A model generated the notes under the pieces. That model was not told where the DNA came from. It was given only the letters and a program-made list of their open reading frames with translations, and ran no database searches. A stretch of 63,536 bases of DNA, filler included, from Cladosporium halotolerans (taxonomy: Eukaryota), in assembly GCF_011745625.1 (NCBI RefSeq). It is 16 parts of 16 records of this genome, joined end to end, with 100 filler letters (N's around TTAATTAATTAA, not from the genome) between each part and the next. Parts side by side here need not be neighbours in the genome. Positions count along the whole stretch, not along the records: positions 56,341 to 59,896 come from NW_027191715.1; positions 59,997 to 63,536 come from NW_027191716.1; 14 more parts are not named here. One strand, written 5' to 3'. This document shows, one piece after another, positions 57,028 through 63,536 of the stretch. Each line of letters starts with the position of its first letter. The first letter of the stretch is position 1. The translations under genes were made by a program, and so were the position numbers.

Positions 57028-59032
57028 CTTGGGGAGATGAAAAAGATGAGGCGGTGAATGATGCGTGCTGTCAAGACGGCCCGCGGCGAGGGGTGTTCCT
57101 GATATCGCTTCTTCTCACGCGATACATTCAGTGCTCGCAAGTTCACCCTTTGCCCGTGATCCTGTTGGTATCGACCGCTGCGCTGCTGCAAGCCATGTCG
57201 AAGCGAGATTGCAACGCGTACGCTGTGTTTCTCTAGTGTGGTGACGATCTGTTCGAGAATGGCTTGGGGCTGTCGTCTGTGGTTATCGTCGAGGGCTATC
57301 CTCCGGGAAAGGCCTTCCCCGGGATGGATCACCTTCTCCAGATGTGCCCGGATACACTGCAGGCTAGGTCTGGTCCGCAAATGCTCAATCCGATCGGCCG
57401 AAAGACAGTCCCTCCAATGGAAGCCTCATCCTGAAATCGTCGGGTGTGATCAAATGTGAACTCGCATCCGATCAACCTCCCGTTCAGGCATCGGAGCCGT
57501 GGGATGGGATCAAAGACTGCGCAGCTCCTTGCCCTTGGCCCAACCACTGACGAGGGCTTTCACCGTCAGCCGAACTCTCTCCCCAGAACGGTGATGGAAG
57601 ACCGACGTTGAGGTCCTTGGGGAGGGAGTCGCAGCAAGCCACGTCGCTTCTGCAGGGCACGTCATATAGCTGAACCATCAACACAAACATCACAGGCAGG
57701 TCTGGAAGGCGGAGTTGTGGGGGTGGAGCCAGGGCTGAGCGCATTGTGTGGTTTACTTTCAATCTCGTCTGGACGATCTCAAACAAGGAGGTGCAGGGAG
57801 GTTCAATTGCATGACTTGGATGCATGTAGCCACCGGATTATCCAAGCGTCAATGTCAAGGTCTAGATGTATGAGTGCATGTATGAACCTCAGTCAAGCAA
57901 CACGCAGCAGTCGATGCAGGCCGTGGAAGCGAGTGTACAAAAGTGCATTCTCACATAAGCGGTGAAGGCAATGCTTGATGTTGAGGCAGTATAATCGTCA
58001 AGACTCGTAGTTACAGATGTGTCGGCCTGATGTGAGGGTCATAAGCTCAGAGGGCTCATAGTGCGACCCAGCGCCTCCTCGTCTGTCAACAGTGCGCAGC
58101 GTTGTGCATCGCGAGTAAGCTCCTCCGCGTCCGAGCCATCATGGAGGTGTTTTCCCTGGGGCAAGCTCAAAACGTTGCAGCAATCGCCCATCGCTGCTGC
58201 TAATCCCGTCACAAGAGATGCCAACATCGCCGTTGTCAGTGCTGACGGCGGATCCGTGAGGACGAGATGTAGCACCTGAGCCCCCAAAATCGCCAGATTC
58301 GATTTGTGCGGGAGCCGCGTGGCAAGAACCGAGACATACCTCCGATGGCATACGAGCGAACTTATGCCGAACAACATCCAGAAGCCGTAGTTGCAGGACC
58401 TTGTCCTCTTAGTGGTGAGCCACCTCCTGAGAGATCCCCAGCGACTGGTGGCAGAGCCAGAGGATGCTGGAGCCAAAGCCTCACATCTGCACCGATCAGC
58501 CAATCGCATCATTAGCTCGATTCGAGTCAGCATTCCCTTGTGCGTATCGATTTTGCCAGGCGCAGTGACCTTGCCGCTCGTTGCGGCGCTTGGGTGTCGG
58601 CCTTGGACGGTGTGTGCGGGGCGCGGGCCTGGCATGCCATGGAGTGGTCGCAATCGACGCACGGACTTTGGGCTTTGGGGTCCAAAGCCCAAGGACCGTG
58701 CTTGATCTGTGATTGATCTCTTGGAACTCCATTCCCCATTCCCCATTCCCGGGTGACAGGATGTCTCTCGAATCGGTCAACACGAATGTCCAACAGATCG
58801 TTCGACTGCTTTCTGGCCTTGACACTCGTCTCATACAAACACATCAGGTACAGATACGGCATTGACTTACTCTTGCGGGAATGTACTGAATGCAGCCTTA
58901 GGATCTCAAAGATGCAGTACTGGATTTAATAGAACGAAGTGGGACTGGGTTTCACGATGAGGTCGAAACACGATTGAAGGGCCGTTCAAGACCAAGGAAG
59001 AAAGCTCGCAAAAGCAAGGGCAGGGGTGATGA

Positions 59033-59896
59033 GATGTTGTTAGCTTTCGCCAGGTTCATGAAGGAGAAGGCGTACAGTGGACCTGTGAGCGGACAACGAA
59101 TGATGGCGTATGTCGAAAAGGCTCTGGGCGGTCTACAGTCAGGACTCGAAGTCTCCATTACAGTATTCCAGGAGGTCATCAACGGAAAGGTCGATATCCC
59201 GTGCTTAGGCACATCCTCCGAAAGCAGCATTGGATGCAGACAAAAGAGAGTCATGAGGCGGTACAGACAATGTGAGCAGAGTACGGAGGTCACGGAAGGA
59301 TTGAGGAGGCTCTGGGCACTGCAGGTGACGTACGAAGTCGATCGCTTGTTGGCGACCGTGGAAAGGGCTGAGGCGGACAAATCAGATCTTTCAGCTGCGG
59401 AACGCGAGTTTTCTCGACTGTCTGGAGAGCCTGTGGAGAGGGTCAGGAAAGTTCGCGACATCAGCCGCTCATATTTGGCGGTGGCCGATCGTGATGACGG
59501 GCTAGGAATTCTTCTCATGCTTGGATGCCAGACTAGAGATGTGTAAGTTTGCAGTTGGCAACTTTGCAATGCTAGTCGTGCTGACTATATCGCGCAAGAT
59601 GGGATTACAGGCTTACGGAAGAGGCCATTGATTGGATGTGGAAGTTTTTGGAGGCTCAGGAGCGCCTGATCACGGCGAAAGCCAAGGCATTGCAGCCCGT
59701 CGCTTGTGAGCTGATCTTCCAGGCCTTTGATCAGGAAGATGCTACAACTCTGGAACTTCGCGAAGAGGGTCACGTGTTCTCCAGGCATTTCAAGAATTAC
59801 TGTGTCAGCAGAAATCCAACAGTCGGACTTCAGGCATCAGTTGCAGCGGCAGACGTAGCTGCTTCGCAGCACTCGCACATCAGCTCCAACTATATT
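59033..59896 (+). CDS. Hypothetical protein (intron ~59543-59600), ends uncertain
   Basis: Helical ORF ending RSYLAVA..GLGILLMLG, GTAAGT donor and CTGAC branch point, then WDYRLTEEAIDWMWKFL. Confidence 0.55.
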
Positions 59897-59996
59897 NNNN
59901 NNNNNNNNNNNNNNNNNNNNNNNNNNNNNNNNNNNNNNNNTTAATTAATTAANNNNNNNNNNNNNNNNNNNNNNNNNNNNNNNNNNNNNNNNNNNN

Positions 59997-60714
59997 ACCC
60001 ACAGCGTACTCCTGTCCGTGCCAACCAAGTGTTACGCCCACATGAGCGGAATCTGATTGTTGACCACCCTGTCGCACTCGATATACCAGGCAACTTGGCC
60101 CCATACAATGGCATTCCGACAATTGTGATCAAGCCATTACTCCAGCAAGCACGAAGAATTCGATTTGCAAATCCAACAGTCGAAGGTCTCATTCGAATGA
60201 CGGGGACAACGTTGGATATACAGATCGTCAGCGCCATACTAGAAGGCGCCAAAAGACTTCTTCCACCAGACAACAGCCAAGAGGGACAGGACATCCGCAA
60301 GGTAGAGATGGCGATGAAAGCACGGCAAGCCCTTGAAGCCGAAACAGCTTTCATTGCGCAATTGCAAAGATTACAGCCTGGCTCTATGACTGAAGAGCAG
60401 CAGAACCAAAGAATTCGCCTCGGTATTGAAGCTGGATTAGCCAACGTCGTCAAAGCAACGCCGGATTTGTTGTTTCTGGAAACCACTTGGCTGTGTGGCT
60501 TCCGCACGAATTGGGTTGAATACAAGAACATGATCGGATTGAAGTCCAACCCTTACGTACATGCAAGATCAAGAAGCAGCTAAAACGGTGTCTCGCGACG
60601 TTTGGCAATGGCATGGTTGTCTTCAAGCTAGGGTACGAATCGGAGCACTTGAGCATTGACGGTTTGAAGGTCATGAGGGAAGCAGACGTGATTCAGTGGT
60701 TGGAATCGCAGTGA
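59997..60714 (+). pseudogene. CDIN1/C15orf41-like TPD-domain PD-(D/E)XK nuclease with a 1-nt frameshift
   Basis: TEEQQ..KATPDLLF...NWVEYKNMIG, then after a shift at ~60564 KIKKQLKRCLATFGNGMVVFKLGY; 5' end at contig edge. Confidence 0.75.
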
Positions 60715-61199
60715 GCTCAATGAGTTAGCAGAATATCTCATGATTCAACAGAAGATTGTGCCAAATTGGCACGCTGTCTCTTACCTCTTGAAACGGTACA
60801 GAGAAAACGAGCGCAGCGGCATTCACGCACGTTCATCACTCGCCGGCGTGACGCGGTCGGGCCGGTAGAAGTCGATCAGAGACTTTCCTCAACCAGCCGG
60901 GAAAGCACATTTTCGACATTCTCGAGAAGCTTGATGCAATGAGTATAGGTGGAAGTGAGGGTGTTTCAAGATATAAATGACGAGTTATTCTTCGATTCCC
61001 GTGACGAAGATCTGTTTCACGATGAGATCGTCGATTAAGTAGAAGGCATGTTTCAGATTGAATCCCAAGCAAGCCAACATCAATAAACCAAAAACTCAGT
61101 TTTGTAACGGCCCTTATCCCAGAGTTTGCTTTGGTACCCGTCCGTCTTGTCTGTGATGCTCTCACTGCGTTGCGCACACCAGCGTCTGGAGCACCAGCC

Positions 61200-62338
61200 A
61201 TGATTGCCAACTTCAAGCAAATTGCTAGTTACGATTGGATGGTTGCGCAAATACCGACCATAGGGATTCCCGGTATACTTTGGCTATGCACGTACGCCTG
61301 CAGTGACTGACTTAATCAGGTCACCCGCATAAGTTTAGGGTTCCGCAAATGCCGCTCGTCCTACAATCAGATGCAGTTGTGTCTAAACAACCGCCAGAGG
61401 ATGCGCATGGCCCGAAGCTGTATACGTTTCGCCTTGAAGCTCTAGCACAAGCGTGCTTGAGAACTAATTCTGCTTTCACCCTCCAAGGAGTCGACATACT
61501 CTGTGCCCTCAACAATCTAAGAAAGATTCTCGATTTTGCAAGCGGTAATCAAAAGGGATCTTTCAGGATAGATATCGAGCTTTGCAACGACACCGTATTG
61601 ATGACTCGGTGGGAGCCTTTGCAGAGGAGTATGAGTCAGACATCCCTGTGCCGTGGGTACGGGAAGGGCTTTGAGACTGCTTGCACTACACAGGAAGGAC
61701 GATCGTTCAAGTCTTCCAGCCATCACAGAATTGTCTCGTACTCCTTAGGAAGGTTGAACATACTGGTGCAATTCGAGGCAGATGCGTGTGACTGCCACTG
61801 TCAACTTCCCGAGACTGTAATCTTCCAGTCAACAGTGCCCTCGGGTAGTCAAGACTTGATCTCAGGGAGGGAACAAGCTTCCCCATGCGACCTCTCAAGC
61901 CGGTCTCCATCTCACCTCAACATAGTGGACGTTGGTAAGAGTCACGACTCAGATTGCTTGATTGAGATAAAATCTCGAGATCATAAGAATCTGAAATTGG
62001 ACGACATATTGGTCCAGATGTGGCTATCAGGGCAACGCAGACTTTACCTTGGTCGACATGTTCGAGGACGCTTCGACACAAATGCGGTGTATGAGGGCGA
62101 TATCGATGCTGATCTTAAAAAGTGGCGAAATCAGCACGAAGATACCATAGCCCGTTTCACCGGATTACTGGAACAAATTCGGCGAAAGGTCAAGGAATCG
62201 GCTTTTGACGAAGGGGGGGAGGGTAGATTTGCCTTGGTATGCGAACGGGACAGAACAGGAACGGCGCTCGCACTTTGGCGACGTGAGGGCGGTCAAGATT
62301 TCTTGCGGAGAGAAACCATAGCTAGGCTCCAGCGATAG
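61200..62338 (+). CDS. DXO/Rai1-like PD-(D/E)XK nuclease-fold protein; exons 61200-61272, 61320-62338
   Basis: ASYDW..PTIGIPG, NNLRKIL, GYGKGFE, HHRIVSY, FEADA, IEIKS, VQMWLSG, LGRH in Rai1 motif order; intron restores the frame. Confidence 0.7.
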
Positions 62339-63323
62339 GAAAAGTGGCAGAGTGAGTTTGTCACGAGAGTTGCATGTGACCCAGTGTTTCCAAAAACTAG
62401 TGAAATTGGGCGTGAATTTCAGGGTTGAATCTCGTAACGGCCGCTGAGGTCATCCAGTTCTTCCTAGCGCCAGCGGAGCTGAGGTGGCCTGGGTGCTCAT
62501 GTCCTGCAGTCCTCAACACACATTACGTGGCCTTGCATAGGCTCAATGCACGCTCCACCCGATCCTTAAAATGGTCGTAAGGACGACGAAGGAACGCGTT
62601 CTCTAGCGGACCTAGTCAAGAGAAGGTGGCCGCCTGTGATTGGCGCATCGATGTTGAATGTTCCCCATCACTAGACCCTCCAAAGTATGGTAAGGGCCGC
62701 GCTTCGACGACCGAGAGATTGCATTATCTGCAGGGCTAGCCCCTATCTGTGGGCGGGGTCTCTCAAGAAAGACGTCGCATGGCCGGATCGGAAGATACAA
62801 GGAGTCTTTCGCACGAGTTTTGTGAGCTTCTTTGAACCGTAAATGCTTGCAGACAATGGAAAGAATTGCATTCGCCGACGCCAGGTCTGGACCGCTTGCA
62901 AGCGGCAAACAAGCGCAGCTGAATGGTCGCTTTTCGTGCCAATGCAGGTCACGTACATCCGCACTTAGCGCGCGGCAACTCGAGAGACCCTCCAAAATCT
63001 TTCATATTACATCGCATATCACATCGCGTTGAAGCATCGTACGACTAGCTGAATTGCCGTTCGTCACAGCTTCATTCTCCGTTTGCCACTGATGGACCTA
63101 CCATATGCTCAGCAAATTAGAAATTCGACGTCGCAGAAAGCAGTCATTGTGCGATAAGGCGCGTCACCAAGAGAGACAAACGGAAATCCAGCGACAACAG
63201 GAGCAAAGTCAGAGAGACAAGCATCGATATCGTCTATCCGTCTCCCGTTCTCAGGACACAGATACGATGAGTCATAACGCAGGGATATTCCAACGGTCTT
63301 TAGTTATCAGCTCATCTGCTTCC

Positions 63324-63536
63324 ATGAAAGCGCAGCAGCAGGGCAGCGCACTCGCCTCCACACTTTCGAAGTATGTCGTCACAATTTAGCGATCTAGGAA
63401 TTTACTAAGATCTCCAGTTACTTTCTCAACGACCTTTATGCCGACGCTGAGATACAAGTCGGTAATACCACGGTTCCGATCCATCGTCTTGTGCTTTGCT
63501 CACAAAGCGAATATTTTGCAAACGCACTAGAAGGCA
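63324..63536 (+). CDS. BTB/POZ-domain protein, 5' part (intron 63371-63417; may start upstream at 63105)
   Basis: YADAEIQVGNTTVPIHRLVLCSQSEYFANALEG after a GTATGT..CTAAG..CAG intron. Confidence 0.85.

Noticed and set aside
61349..62338. Geranylgeranyl pyrophosphate synthase call
   Set aside because: No DDxxD motifs; the motifs fit a PD-(D/E)XK Rai1-like fold
1..63536. A complete Starship or other giant element
   Set aside because: No DUF3435 tyrosine recombinase was recognised and the contigs are unordered; only suggestive cargo types are present

Overview
Eukaryotic DNA from a filamentous ascomycete (inferred from short GT..CTRAC..YAG introns and gene families). It is not one locus. The window is an artificial concatenation of 16 contigs of about 3.5-4.2 kb, sorted by decreasing length and joined by 100-nt N44-TTAATTAATTAA-N44 spacers, so adjacency across spacers means nothing. 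Content is typical of accessory, repeat-rich DNA. Mobile elements: a complete Fot1/pogo transposon (42-bp TIRs, TA TSD) just upstream of a Tad1-like LINE gag, other LINE fragments, a DD36E Tc1-like transposase and a pogo relic. Repeats include a foldback-like GTCGAC array. Genes and pseudogenes: LicD, patatin, O-methyltransferase, OSCA/RSN1, 6PGD and PMI paralogues, MFS, chromo-like, PAQR, ankyrin, CDC37, terpene synthase, Pth11-like and BTB. Most interesting: (i) a divergent TATA-binding-protein paralogue with an intact DNA-binding core but a charge reversal in the TFIIB-binding stirrup; (ii) one contig with a CDIN1/TPD-like and a DXO/Rai1-like PD-(D/E)XK nuclease gene in tandem; (iii) an unassigned >1100-aa intronless ORF preceded by three 21-bp-phased repeats; (iv) a Pol-beta-like nucleotidyltransferase-fold protein. 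All family calls come from recognising motifs by eye; no database search was run.
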